A stretch of 63,965 nucleotides of DNA, counting the filler, from Octopus bimaculoides (lineage: Eukaryota), in the NCBI RefSeq assembly GCF_001194135.2. It is 5 parts of 5 records of this genome, joined end to end, with 100 filler letters (N's around TTAATTAATTAA, not from the genome) between each part and the next. Parts side by side here need not be neighbours in the genome. Positions count along the whole stretch, not along the records: positions 1 to 28,828 come from NC_068989.1; positions 28,929 to 50,676 come from NC_068996.1; 3 more parts are not named here. One strand, given 5' to 3'. A program made the position numbers and the translations under genes. Of this stretch, positions 26,230-38,380 are shown piece by piece; position 1 is the first letter of the stretch; each line of letters begins with the position of its first letter. Below the pieces are notes generated by a model. That model saw only the letters and a program-made list of their open reading frames with translations, searched no databases and was not told the DNA's origin.

Positions 26230-27214
26230 TCGTGTTAAAGAATTGCAGCCTTCGCTTTCACCATCGCATGAATAGTTGTCACATCCATCGATTACAATTG
26301 GTGACCCTTGATTGCAACGAAGTACTAACCGTTACATAACTTTTTTTTCCTAGAATCCACAGCTTTATGGAGTAGCTACTACAATTCGCTCACTGACGTG
26401 AAAATAAGATAGTAATACAGCTATTAAAATATGAAGCTTTATCAACGTTATACAGTAGCAGAATATTATTGTAGCTTGATTAAATCTTCGATTTGTTCCA
26501 TACTTGAGATTGTTTACATCTTGACAAAATGAAAATAGATTACAACTCTGAAGTTAGATGTGACAAGTGTATAACAAGGCTTTTACCTGTTAGATGTCTC
26601 CTATGACTGCACGTTCAATTCTACGTATGTAGACAAAGAAAATACTATTTCGAAAGATATATATTACATGCACTGTAATAAATTTCAAACCATCTTACTG
26701 TTTTCAAAATAATTGTGGTATGTCCACTAATGGTGTTAGTAATTATTATTATCTAGAGAAGAGGGCAGTGGAATGTAAGAAATTTTGAGCCCTTTGAAGT
26801 TGAGTGTTTTTTTTTTTTTTTTTTTTTTTNNNNNNNNNNNNNNNNNNNNNNNNNNNNNNNNNNNNNNNNNNNNNNNNNNNNNNNNNNNNNNNNNNNNNNN
26901 NNNNNNNNNNNNNNNNNNNNNNNNNNNNNNNNNNNNNNNNNNNNNNNNNNNNNNNNNNNNNNNNNNNNNNNNNNNNNNNNNNNNNNNNNNNNNNNNNNNN
27001 NNNNNNNNNNNNNNNNNNNNNNNNNNNNNNNNNNNNNNNNNNNNNNNNNNNNNNNNNNNNNNNNNNNNNNNNNNNNNNNNNNNNNNNNNNNNNNNNNNNN
27101 NNNNNNNNNNNNNNNNNNNNNNNNNNNNNNNNNNNNNNNNNNNNNNNNNNNNNNNNNNNNNNNNNNNNNNNNNNNNNNNNNNNNNNNNNNNNNNNNNNNC
27201 CCCCCCCGCACTAC

Positions 27215-27353
27215 AGGTGAAAATCCGCGAAATAGAAACAGTACTGTATTTTCTTTATTTTTATAATTTATATTTGATATAAATGCAAAACAACGCCACG
27301 GCGGAATCGACGTAAGCTTAAATAATAAACCGCGGTATGGAGAGGGATTACTG
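27215..27353. mobile_element. Tigger/pogo-like element right end
   Basis: Terminus aaccgcggtatggagagggattactg followed by TA. The left end is probably in the preceding gap. Confidence 0.55.
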
Positions 27354-28674
27354 TATATAATTTGGCTTATTAATATAAAATGCTTTTATGCACAGAAACT
27401 TAAGGACAGATATCAAAACTTCATATGTTTAAAATTAGCGGTTTGTGTTTTTCGCCTTTTTAAATATAGTATATTGGGGCACACCCAGTTACATATCGCA
27501 GTACACTGGTGTGCTCTGACACATAGTATATAAGAATGTAGATATTATTATGACGATGAGCCAGACTTTCCTAAATAATATAGCTATAAATATCTCTAAT
27601 TATGTATACTACAGTTTGTTTCAGATTGAATTACAAATATAAACGATGTTGCATCCTAAATAAGGCAAACGGAAATTGATGCAAAATAATCAGTTATGTA
27701 GTTTTCGTTTCGGCAGAAGATTGAGCGAAATGGCAGGTAAATCGCTATTTCAGCTTGCCTGTGATTTAATTTGCTTCATATTAAAGCAATTCTTTCAGTC
27801 ATAACTTCTAAATTAATAAGAATGCTATTTATGAGTGGGATGTTGATTTTTTTCTAACAAAATTTCATTTTCTGTTAATGTTCTGTTCGTTGAAACGTTT
27901 ACTTTTGTAACTCTTGATTTGTTTTCAGCGTGTTAATATTTTGCTTATAACACAGTTGTCTAATTTCTTTATATTCTCATTATTTCACGATAAATGCTTT
28001 TTATGTAGCGCTGAAATTCTTTATTGTAATAATTTCCGAATAGAAGCTCCTCTTAATTTTGTCAGTAATAATTCTCTTCTTATTAGCTAGCGTATAATAA
28101 ATTAATGAAAATCTCTATTATGAAATTTTTATTAGAGAAGCTGTTACATTTTTTTTTTTATTAGTTAGTTACTAATTGCTTAATTCAAATGGCTTTATGA
28201 TCTAAAAATAATTTTCTTAGGTGGAAGCTAAATTTCTTCAGATATATTTTTGCTTAATTTCCTGTACAATAAACGGCGATCGTTTATTGTACATGCTTTT
28301 AGTTAGAAGTTTAGCGATCGCGAAAGAAATTTTCTTTTTTACACTACACTGCTACCACCTTGTTTGTAATAGGGAATGAGTTTTGATACAATCGGAATTT
28401 TTGTTGTGGCTTCTAATTGTTTTGTTCTTACTCTTCCATTTTGTATTATTGTTTGAGATGGGAATTTGTGATTATATACAGTTGTTGTTTGTAGCAGACC
28501 GAACGACAACATACAGGCTCCACTGCGGAGTAAAAGAAATTATTCAATAAGGTTTATATATATATATATATACCGGAGTGAGCACATAAATGTGCAACAA
28601 GGTGGAAAAAAGAGTACTCAAATACCAGAGGTAGAATAATATGCTTTATTTAAAAGCAGCATAAATATAACAAA

Positions 28675-28718
28675 AAACGGTTACTCGGAGTTTCACGTTC
28701 CCGTTCATCGGACAGTTT
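28675..28718 (-). ncRNA. Minimal type I hammerhead ribozyme motif (U4C variant)
   Basis: Minus strand: aaactgt CCGAUGA acg ggaa cgt GAAA ctc c gag UA accgttt. Stem II is 3 bp, stem III is the near-palindrome actc-c-gagt, stem I pairs at 6 of 7 positions. Confidence 0.7.
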
Positions 28719-28928
28719 TGTTAGAAATGGGAAAGAAATGTCATTTATATATATATAAAACTTAGATTGGTTTCGGCCATTATTGGTCCAGGCCATGGCT
28801 GACTCAATAACACCACCTGGAAAAGTCTNNNNNNNNNNNNNNNNNNNNNNNNNNNNNNNNNNNNNNNNNNNNTTAATTAATTAANNNNNNNNNNNNNNNN
28901 NNNNNNNNNNNNNNNNNNNNNNNNNNNN

Positions 28929-29034
<106 letters not shown>

Positions 29035-29036
29035 GG

Positions 29037-29750
29037 TATAAATATTTAGGGATTTTGAAGCTGGAGGACATTCTACGTAGAGAAATGAAAATCAAGGTCA
29101 GCAAGGTGTATCAAAAAAGGGTGAAGATGGTGATGAAATCCAACCTTAATGCCAAAAATTTGATTACCGCAATGAATATCTGGGCAGTTGCAGTGGTCAG
29201 ATATAGTGCGTCCATCCTCAAATGGACTAAGGAGGAAATATCAACATTGGATAGAAGGACGAGAAAGTGAACAGGCTATATATGAAAAGAAAAAATGGTG
29301 GCAGAGGACTAATTAGTATAGACCATTGTATATGGAGTGAAAGGAGAACGCTTGCCAAGTATTTGATAAGTAGTGATGAAGACCTGCTGCAATATGCCGC
29401 GAAATATATGGGTGTGAATGCAAATGAAATGATGGGGAACGAGGAGTTTAGTCATTCCATCAACGTACGGACGCTGGTTGCTCTCGTTCATACTTTGCGT
29501 TTAAATTTCTGTAATTTTGAATTTTTATCACTTCTTATTTTGAATGTGAGCGGATAATGTAAAAGTGATACCAGTGGTGATCGGAGCGTTGGGCTCAATC
29601 CCATTGAAACTACAAGACTTCTTAAGGCAACTGGAAATCCTGTGCAAGATTAATATCTTGTAAAAAACATCCTTATTGGGCACAGCGCACATCTAATGGA
29701 AAGTGTTATCTGTCTGAGGTCCTTGTTGTAACTTGACAGATGACTAAAGA
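29037..29750 (+). mobile_element. 5'-truncated R4/Dong-clade LINE relic, interrupted at 29451-29546
   Basis: YKYLGIL...NLNAKNLITAMNIWAVAVVRYSASILKWTKEEISTLDRRTRK / RLYMKRKNGGRGLISI, then VIPVVIGALGSIP...L*KTSLLGTAHI*WKVL. These are R4/Dong-type post-RT and RLE-terminal motifs. Confidence 0.85.
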
Positions 29751-29784
29751 CTCCGGTGTATACGTAACTCTTCACAAAGGTAAA

Positions 29785-30482
29785 CAGTCAAGACGAAGAG
29801 TGCGATTCGATTGTAAGATATTTGAGCTAGTTTATTCTTGTCGAAGGTGGGACATGTAAAGATTCCCATTTGGTGTACGCTGCAAAATGCACGAAACACA
29901 ACTTGATTTATGTTGGTTGTGCAACAGAACAATTAAGCAAAAGGTTTAATGGGCACAGATTCGACGTCAGGCACAAGAACAATAGTTCAACAGAACTTGC
30001 TGAACATTTCGTTTCAAGCGGCTGCAATTTTGAAGAAGACATGAAAGTGCATTTTCTCAGAAAATATTCTGAATCTGCTTCACTTTCACTTCTCAGAATG
30101 TATGAGGAGAAATATGTTTGCGGGTTATTAACATCATGCCTTGGAGGAATGAATAAGATGACAGGAGAATATCATCAAATTTATACAAAACTGTTTGATT
30201 AAATATTCTTTTTCTTTTTTTTTTCGTTCCTCTTTTTTTCTGTCTTTTTCTTTTCTCGCCTGTCATAAAACTGTAACTTAAAAACTGATGATGTCATTCC
30301 ACGAACGTGTGGACACTGGTTGCTCTCGTTCATACTTTACGTTTAAATTTCTATAATTTTGAATTTTTATTACTTCTTATTTTGAACTTGACAAAGACAG
30401 ACTTACTGTTGAAATATCGTTCAACTAATAAAATATCTTACAATCGAATCTTACAATCGAATCGCGCTCTTCGTCTTGACTG
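29785..30482 (+). mobile_element. Penelope-like element 3' part: open GIY-YIG frame, 3' tail, and inverted 5' copy of the tail
   Basis: Open frame 29831-30202 reads GGTCKDSHLVYAAKCTKHNLIYVG...LSKRFNGHRFD...STELAEHF..GCNFEED...YEEKYVCGL...GMN. Segment 29785-29823 is the reverse complement of the tail end at 30431-30482. Confidence 0.85.
30382..30424 (+). ncRNA. Minimal type I hammerhead ribozyme motif, U3-A8 covariant, in Penelope 3' tail
   Basis: ttgaac UUGACAA a GACAG actta CUGUU GAA ATAT C gttcaa. Stem I is 6 bp, stem II is 5 bp, stem III is the palindrome ATAT, and the cleavage triplet is AUC. Confidence 0.7.
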
Positions 30483-30576
<94 letters not shown>

Positions 30577-30577
<1 letters not shown>

Positions 30578-30668
30578 TTCTTAAGATAACTGGAAATCTC
30601 ATGCAAGATTGATGTCTTGCAAAAAGCAACATTGAGGTCCTTGTTATGACTTGACAGATGAGTAAAGT
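30577..30668 (+). mobile_element. Very short R4/Dong 3'-end fragment after (AAT)n
   Basis: ttcttaagataactggaaatc...gaggtccttgttatgacttgacagatga is homologous to 29619-29745. Confidence 0.75.
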
Positions 30669-30951
30669 GCATTTTTACCTATACTGTTACGAAGGAACAA
30701 CAACAGTAACGACAAGAACGACAAGAACAACAATAATAGTGGTTTCAAATCTTGGCAGCAGTTTTTGAGAGAGGGGGCAGGCGATTACATCAACCTCAGT
30801 ATTTGACTGGTACTTATTTTTATCGACTCCCTAAAAGCCTGAAAGACAAATTTAACCTCGGTGAATTCTGAATTCAAAATGTAATAATATTTACTTTGTT
30901 AACTACAAGGGTTCATTCACATAAATAGTTAATACATGAAGACTACAAAAA

Positions 30952-30982
<31 letters not shown>

Positions 30983-31513
30983 AAGAAAAACGTATGGGCG
31001 AGGAAAGTTACATAAAAATGAGGGACGGGTACGTTATTATGTTTCTCCATGTGAGACAGGTTGTTATCTTTCTTGTTAACTTTCTAATATGTGCTAAAAT
31101 TTTATTTTTTACAAAAGTTTGAAACATTGCCTAAGCAAAAAAAAAAAAAAACCCAAAGCGTCTATTAAAAAATGTATAAAAATAAAAATAAGTTTTTTTT
31201 ATCTCTATCTGTGATAAATCTGCGCGATACGATACAAGAGGAGAAGTAAACATGTCTTGTTGGGACAAGAAACAAGGAATAAAACAGCAACAACAATAAC
31301 AACGAAGTCGACGACGGTCACGATGACTCTGACGATGACAACGATGACAATAACGATCGATGAAACCGGAAGCTCAGGCAGATTAAAATATTTCATCACA
31401 TCGTCAATGACTCGGTAAGAGTTATTACCCTTGACTTAGAGAGCAAGAGAAACTATTTGGTTATTTCGTCCTTTAGCAATGACAAAATAACCAAAAGAAG
31501 GAAGACATAATAC

Positions 31514-31545
<32 letters not shown>

Positions 31546-31764
31546 TAATAATAATAGTAATAATAATAATAATAATAATCATAATAATAATAATAAGGTG
31601 AAGGATGAGGGGGACAATACAAAGACAGACACAAAGTGTTGGGATTTACATATAATAGAATGATAAAATAAATAAATAACGAAAAAAAAAAGTATACACT
31701 GTCTACAATGAAAAAAAAGGGAAATATACATAGTATACAGAGATAAAATAATATATATATAATG

Positions 31765-31804
<40 letters not shown>

Positions 31805-31811
31805 CAACAAC

Positions 31812-31885
<74 letters not shown>

Positions 31886-32158
31886 TAATAAAAATGATAA
31901 TAATCCTTTCTACTAAAGGCACAAGGCCGGCCTGAAATTTGAAGGGAGTGTACTAATCGATCACNNNNNNNNNNNNNNNNNNNNNNNNNNNNNNNNNNNN
32001 NNNNNNNNNNNNNNNNNNNNNNNNNNNNNNNNTTGGGATTTACATATAATAGAATGATAAAATAAATAAATAACGAAAAAAAAAAGTATACACTGTCTAC
32101 AATGAAAAAAAAGGGAAATATACATAGTATACAGAGATAAAATAATATATATATAATG

Positions 32159-32198
<40 letters not shown>

Positions 32199-32205
32199 CA
32201 ACAAC

Positions 32206-32278
<73 letters not shown>

Positions 32279-32369
32279 GCAATAATAATAATAATAGTAA
32301 TGATAATAATAATAATAAGAATAATAATAATAAGAATAATAATAATAATGTATACGCACATGTATATGT

Positions 32370-33000
32370 GTGTGCGCATATACGTCAACAGAGTCCAAAT
32401 TGTAGAAGACCCACTTGGCTTTACTGTAACGAACCTTGTCATTGTTTTATGCTTTTTTTTTTTGCGAGCAACGCGATTTCATTTATTTTCACTCTGGCTA
32501 ATCCAATGCGATCAATGGTGCTCTAGAAGAAACGGTAGCAATAACCACGGGCTTCGCTTCTGCGATCTCTAGTTTTTATTGCACTTGTATGCTCTGCTGA
32601 TTTGTTTTCCTTCCTCCACATCTTCTTTTTGATGGAAATCCCTCAAGTAACCCTTTCAACAGGTTTTTAACGAATTGAGCTTTCTATCCTGCACCACAAA
32701 TTCTGATTTCTTTCCTTTCTCTAAACGAAGCACGCGCCAGAATAGCTTTGTGTCTCAAGTGTCATCAGAAGCAAAATGTCTGTATAAATACCATTCGACT
32801 GCTTTTTCAGTGAGTCACCCCCGTGTGCGTCACTTACCAGTTGTGTGACATGTATAATGACAAACCTAGCGTCAACATCACAGCTGTAGCTTTGGTTGAT
32901 CCCAGTTTGTCGGCAGATTTGTGAGGCATCAATTCTGCTTATCTCTTTGCTACTTCCTCTGTCTTAAAAATCAGGCATACCTTTCCATAAGTCAACTAGA
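32370..33000 (-). mobile_element. Possible heavily decayed piggyBac-like transposase C-terminal relic
   Basis: Frameshifted fragments EKAVEWYLYRH / ILLLMTLETQSY / QFVKNLLKGLLEGFPSKRRCGGR / MTRF..YSK(C)QVGL resemble piggyBac C-terminal motifs. Weak. Confidence 0.35.
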
Positions 33001-34959
33001 TCGATGGAACGCAGATCCAACTACACATCAACTAGTATTTCCTCCAAATTTTTCAAGGACATTGAATTCTGTCGGCTTTGGAAAACAAAACAAAACAAAT
33101 AAATAAAAACAGAGGTGTATCCCTATTCTACTCGAACTTTTCTGGATGAATTTCTTCGGCAATGAGGCACGTTCTTTTGTGATATACCTGTTCCACATTT
33201 GTTCATTTATTTGGAATTGGTAGATGTCCAACATTTCTTATTGGCTTCCAACACTTACAAAGAACGAATCGCTGTTGTTTTTATAGGTACTTTTGTTAAT
33301 TTCGTATCTGTTTGTACTTTTGTTTCTAAATGAATTGAATGCTTATATTTATAACTGTTCGTTGGTTTCATTGTCATTTTTCTGTATCCTTTTTAATTCA
33401 TATTCCTGTTTTAATTTTTTTTCCTGGAAGCATTCGCTGATACAATCTTTGTATCTTGTATCTCTTCCTGTACCTCAAGTACAGATCATATTGAACTACT
33501 AGCAAACAAACAAAAATGAAAGCTTACACGATTCACATTCAATGCAATTGCAATCCCTTATTACTACACAAACTAAAAATTACATACGCTAAATAATTAC
33601 CCTCTAACACTGAAACGTATAAACACCAATCACTTCACACATACAGAATACAAACACTACCAAACAAAATAACACAGCACACAGGGCACATACAACGGAA
33701 GAAATACTAAAATAGTGCCAAAGATAACTAACCAGTCCATACAGCAAAACAGAATTGACGTAGCATATATAAACAGTGATCTACATCTTCAAAACTCAAT
33801 ACTGAGCACATCTCAGGGACACAATGATGCAACAGCGGTGTAGTAGAAACTTGCATAAGAATGTTGAAAAACAAATTTTTTTCTCATAAGCACAAACCTT
33901 GGCTTAGAGAGTAGTCGAATATATCAAACCTCAGTACTTCACTGGTATTTATTTTATCGATCTTGAGAAGATGAAAGACAACACCGACTTCGGAAGGATA
34001 TGAGATCTTTTGCAGTAAAAACATAAATACATTAATATAAATATTAATAAAGTAACCTTTGAAATAAGATGTATGTTCTTTATGCTCTGGTGTTTGAAAT
34101 TTGAAACAAAAAATATTGATAAATAGCTAAACAAAATTCACTATACCAAAGTAAGTTTAAAATAGAATCGTGCTGTGAAATGGGGAGATAAGTTCCAAGT
34201 CTCGGCAGCAAGGATATCGATCAGGTTACAGTTTAGGAGTTGTTTTTAAAATTTTTCGTCAGATCTCACTTCCGTCACCGTGAGATAAATGAATTTATAT
34301 TGAATTCATATATGTAGCTCTAGCTTTTATTTGATAAATACCCATTAAATAAAACGAAATTAAAGCGTCCAGTAATAAGAAAAATAAACGAAAGAACACG
34401 AGGTGAGTATTTTATTATAAATGAATTATATCGAAGGAACACATACGAATCTCAGATTACAATCTCTGATTAGCTGCATACAACTTTCAAAATAAAATAA
34501 AAATTATATAAATAATAAATAAAAATACTGTAAATTACTTACGTAAATTGTGTGAACATATGTTTGATATCGTCAACACCAGTAGTAATGAAATATCAAG
34601 AAACCTTAAAAAGAAAAGCAAAACAGTCCGAACAAGTCAAAAAAATATTGGAAAGAAAACAGATCAAAGAAATACTGCTTTTATATAAAGCTCTGAAGAC
34701 AGAGAAACCGAGACACCATCTGATTAAAAACTTGCCCATAAATATCACTGTATCTTATGTAAAACAAAAAAGAAAAAACAAGTTGTTTGCAGTAGTTTAC
34801 TGTCAACCACCATTTCTATGCAGATAAATTTGTGCACTAATAAACAAAACGATATGAAGATAGATATATGTTTTCGTTTTTGGACCACAAACTATAACGA
34901 TGTGTGTGCGTGCATGTATATATGTATATAAATACACATATATATATATACGTGTGTGC

Positions 34960-34998
<39 letters not shown>

Positions 34999-35239
34999 CA
35001 TATATAAATACTCATATATATATNNNNNNNNNNATATATATATATATTATGTACTTTGTAAAATAGCATGTTTTTAAAACACTATCTATACACCCATCGT
35101 AACAGTTTCTAGCGTAAACTGAAAGTTGTCCTCGGCGGACTTTGAACTGAACATGTAGAAAACCGGAATGAACACCGCAGTCGATTTGATCCTCGTTGGT
35201 GCAAGTTTCGAACGATATGCTGTTAGTAGCAAAATAAGA

Positions 35240-36560
35240 AGTGGGGAAGGCAACAGAACGCAACTTTAGCCAATGCTTGGTATGTTTGAATCAAGTAGTT
35301 GTATAATTATAATTCACGCTGCTGTCCTGCACTGTAATGTCAGTATTATCTGCATTTACCCGAGACAAATCGACTACCCACCTGAAATGTTCATCACTAA
35401 TAAGCTTCTAAACCGAACCTTCATACTTCTGTAGATATTTTAGATGTTCAGCAGATAGAGAAACATTATCATTAACTGGTACAGTATTAGTGGTAACCAG
35501 GGGCGGAAACTTCACCAACTTCTGATGTTTTATATTTGCTTGAGTAGCTTCTGTTTCCCAATTAATTGAGTAAAGTGTTTTCACAAGATACAAGCATTCA
35601 CTTTTCTATTTGTAACTGTTTGGCCGCCAAATTAAACTTATCACTCGACGTAAAATATGCTACACCAGCTGATATCTGTTCACCAAAATATCTCAAAATG
35701 CAACAAAGTCACAAAAGCAATTATTTTTTGTTAATATTGCAGTATAAGGCGTCTGAAATCTCTGTCGTCTTTCTGACGAAGTTTCCGAAAAGAACTCTTT
35801 GAAAATGCATTTAATTTGATAAAGATGACACCAATCACTACATCAAGATGTCCTTTATTGTCTTGTAAGAAAAAAAAACTTTGGGTACAGAATTTTTAAA
35901 TTAACCATTGTATCTATCTATCTATATTAGGAGTAACACCCTTTCTTTCACAGAACATTGGCTTTCTCAGTGGAATGTTGTTTTCTTTGAAAGATTCTTA
36001 ATGTCTTTAAAATATGGCTTCACGTTTCAAATTTGTTATATGCATTTGTGTAAGAAGCATTTCTTTGTGGAGCCGATTCTGATTATTATTCAAAAAGCTA
36101 ACATGCACCAGCAGTTCATCATGATTATCTCTTAAAGTGGTTTCATCGATTTTCAAAGAAAAAAAAAGCTGTTTTACTTGCAATTGTTCAAACAGTGTTT
36201 TACACACTCTCACCAATTTCATTAACGTGCCTTGATGTTTACGAGTTGTTCAACTGATAATTTCATGTGCGCTCTGCTTCATGACTGTGGAAATCACAGC
36301 AGATGACACAGAGAAAAGTTTCATCATTATTATGCCGCTTTACTACTTTTGTAATTTCCGAAAACATATCAGGGGACAAGTAAATAGTTGTTTGCTCCAG
36401 CTACTTTTTTGCCGTTATATTTAATTCAATGTTTACCATGGTCAGAAATCGTCACTCATTTTTTTAGAAGTACTTTCAGTCTTTCCTATTATTGGGTTTT
36501 TGTCTCCAAACAATTTACTTGGTCGCATGCTGACACTTGAAAGTAATATAATATAAAACA
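35240..36560 (-). mobile_element. Degenerate hAT (Charlie/Buster-like) transposase relic
   Basis: Minus frames read ISTVMKQSAHEII...FSLKIDETTLRDNHDELLVHVSFLNNN...EMLL, then KFPPL...HLKYLQ, then VAFPTSYF. Confidence 0.75.
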
Positions 36561-36942
36561 AATTAGCTTTCAAATATCCTAGAGTGACGGAATAAGCTGG
36601 CTGGCCAACTATTCAATGGAATATTGCCGATATTTACCTTCAGTACACCATCCATGGGTGATCTGTAATAACAAACAGAAATCAACTAAGATCAATAATC
36701 TGCTGAAATTATTAAAAATACAGCAATGAAATTATTCTAGTCTTTATATTACCAACCATTAAACATGAATTAAATATAATTTTGAGTTTTTATATCCAAA
36801 TTTTAAACTTTACACACACTTTATATATACGAAAGTGTTTCCAGCATTGTAATAGATTTAGAAGAACTTACCAAACCTCTGAGTAGCTCCTGCAGTTTCT
36901 GAGCGTGACAAAGTATCTCTGATGTTTATTTCAAGCCACCCC

Positions 36943-37000
<58 letters not shown>

Positions 37001-37385
37001 TTATTGTTCCGTTAAGGTAACATCAACAAAAATACTCCATTTAGAGAAAGATAAATATCCTTTAATGTACACTATATTGAAATAAGAGCAACTAATAATT
37101 CCTTGCCATTAAAATACGTGCTTTGGCACGTTGTAAACGCTGCCTGACAACGTATCATTAGTAGCTCCCCCAACACACAAATGCTGACATATCAAATACC
37201 ATAAGACATAAGATCTTAATTTAATAAAATTATCTCTGCCTACAGAGGATGTATCAAAATTATCAAATGGTAATTAAGAACTGTTCCACATAAAGAGAGA
37301 TAAATTCAAGAATCAAGAATTTTCTGAAATTGACATGCTATCAAGGAAAAGAACAAGTTTTTTGTCTAGGGACAAGTGAGCAGTC

Positions 37386-37475
37386 GTCACATATGCGTCA
37401 CATATGTACTGGCGTCACATATGTACTGGCGTCACATATGTACTGGCGTCACATATGTACTGGCGTCACATATGC
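37386..37475. repeat. 17-bp minisatellite, 4 perfect copies plus partials
   Basis: Unit gtcacatatgtactggc at 37397, 37414, 37431 and 37448. Confidence 0.95.
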
Positions 37476-37988
37476 CACCAGTACCTCAATTGTCCAACCT
37501 TATCTCCAGTGATCAAAACATTAGAACACATTTATAGCTTGTGTAATTTGCATATTTTAAACAAAAATGAGCTAAGAGAACTAAATCAGAGTGACTAACG
37601 CCGTGTATTTAAACAATAAATACAAATACATGTTTATCAAACGCCAAACAGAAGAAATATTTTATTTATTAACATTGTCTTTATCTTTAGAGAATGTTTT
37701 TTATCTTCAGAGATTGAGCATATCCTTTTCCTTAATAGCATAACTTTGGAGAAATTTTGGAGCATTCTTGATTGCTGAGATTACCTCCCCTTCTCAAATT
37801 GCCATTTGGTTATTATGATATATTATGGACTAGAAGTAGAGATAGTTTTGATAAATCAGCAACTTATGCTTGTAAGATATTTGATATTTCGATATTCTTG
37901 TATTTCTCTATGTTGTTCATATATGTGCCAATAGCCTCTTGAATTTTTCTCTTAATACATTTTTGCAAATGTATATATATATATATAT

Positions 37989-38380
37989 CTTTTACTCTTT
38001 TACTTGTTTCAGTCATGTGATTGTAGCCATGCTAGAGCACTGCGTTTAGTCGGGCAAATCGAGCCCAGGACTTATTCTTTGTAAGCCTAGTACTTATTCT
38101 ATCGGTATCTTGTGCCGAACCCCTAAGTTACGGGGACATAAATACATCCAGTATCGGTTGTCAAGCGATATTGGGCGGGTGGGGGGACAAACACACACAA
38201 ACATACACAAACATATGCACACACATACATATACATATATATATACATACATACGACGGGCTTCTTTTAGTTTCCGTCTACCAAATCCACTCACAAGGCT
38301 TTAGTCGGCCCGAGGCTATAGTAGAAGACACTTACCCAAGGTGACATGCAGTGGGACTGAAGTCGGAACCATGTGGTTCA
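37989..38380 (-). mobile_element. tRNA-derived SINE copy
   Basis: Same family as 7784-8199. A second head on the + strand begins at ~38393 and runs into the gap. Confidence 0.85.

Noticed and set aside
27717-27736. Possible + strand micro-exon with ATG GCA G and a donor
   Set aside because: Splice-like signals are present, but no compatible downstream exon was found, so it is unsupported.
28873-28884. TTAATTAATTAA islands inside N runs (also 50721-50732, 59976-59987, 62748-62759)
   Set aside because: Identical 12-mers centred in 100-bp gaps (44 N each side) with stops in all six frames. This is a scaffolding linker, not biology, and adjacency across these gaps is uncertain.
31638-32300. Near-identical ~250-bp duplication on both sides of the gap at 31965-32032
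   Set aside because: Copies differ essentially only in microsatellite length and flank a gap. Most likely overlapping contig ends or haplotypes.
35012-35263. Protein-looking minus ORF (SFETCTNEDQIDCGVHSG...)
   Set aside because: Explained as the end of the hAT relic (AFPTSY) fused to a decayed SINE head (agttcaaagtccgccgagg).
35773-35790. ctgacgaagtttccgaaa
   Set aside because: No credible stem II or stem I, and it lies inside the hAT relic. Likely chance.
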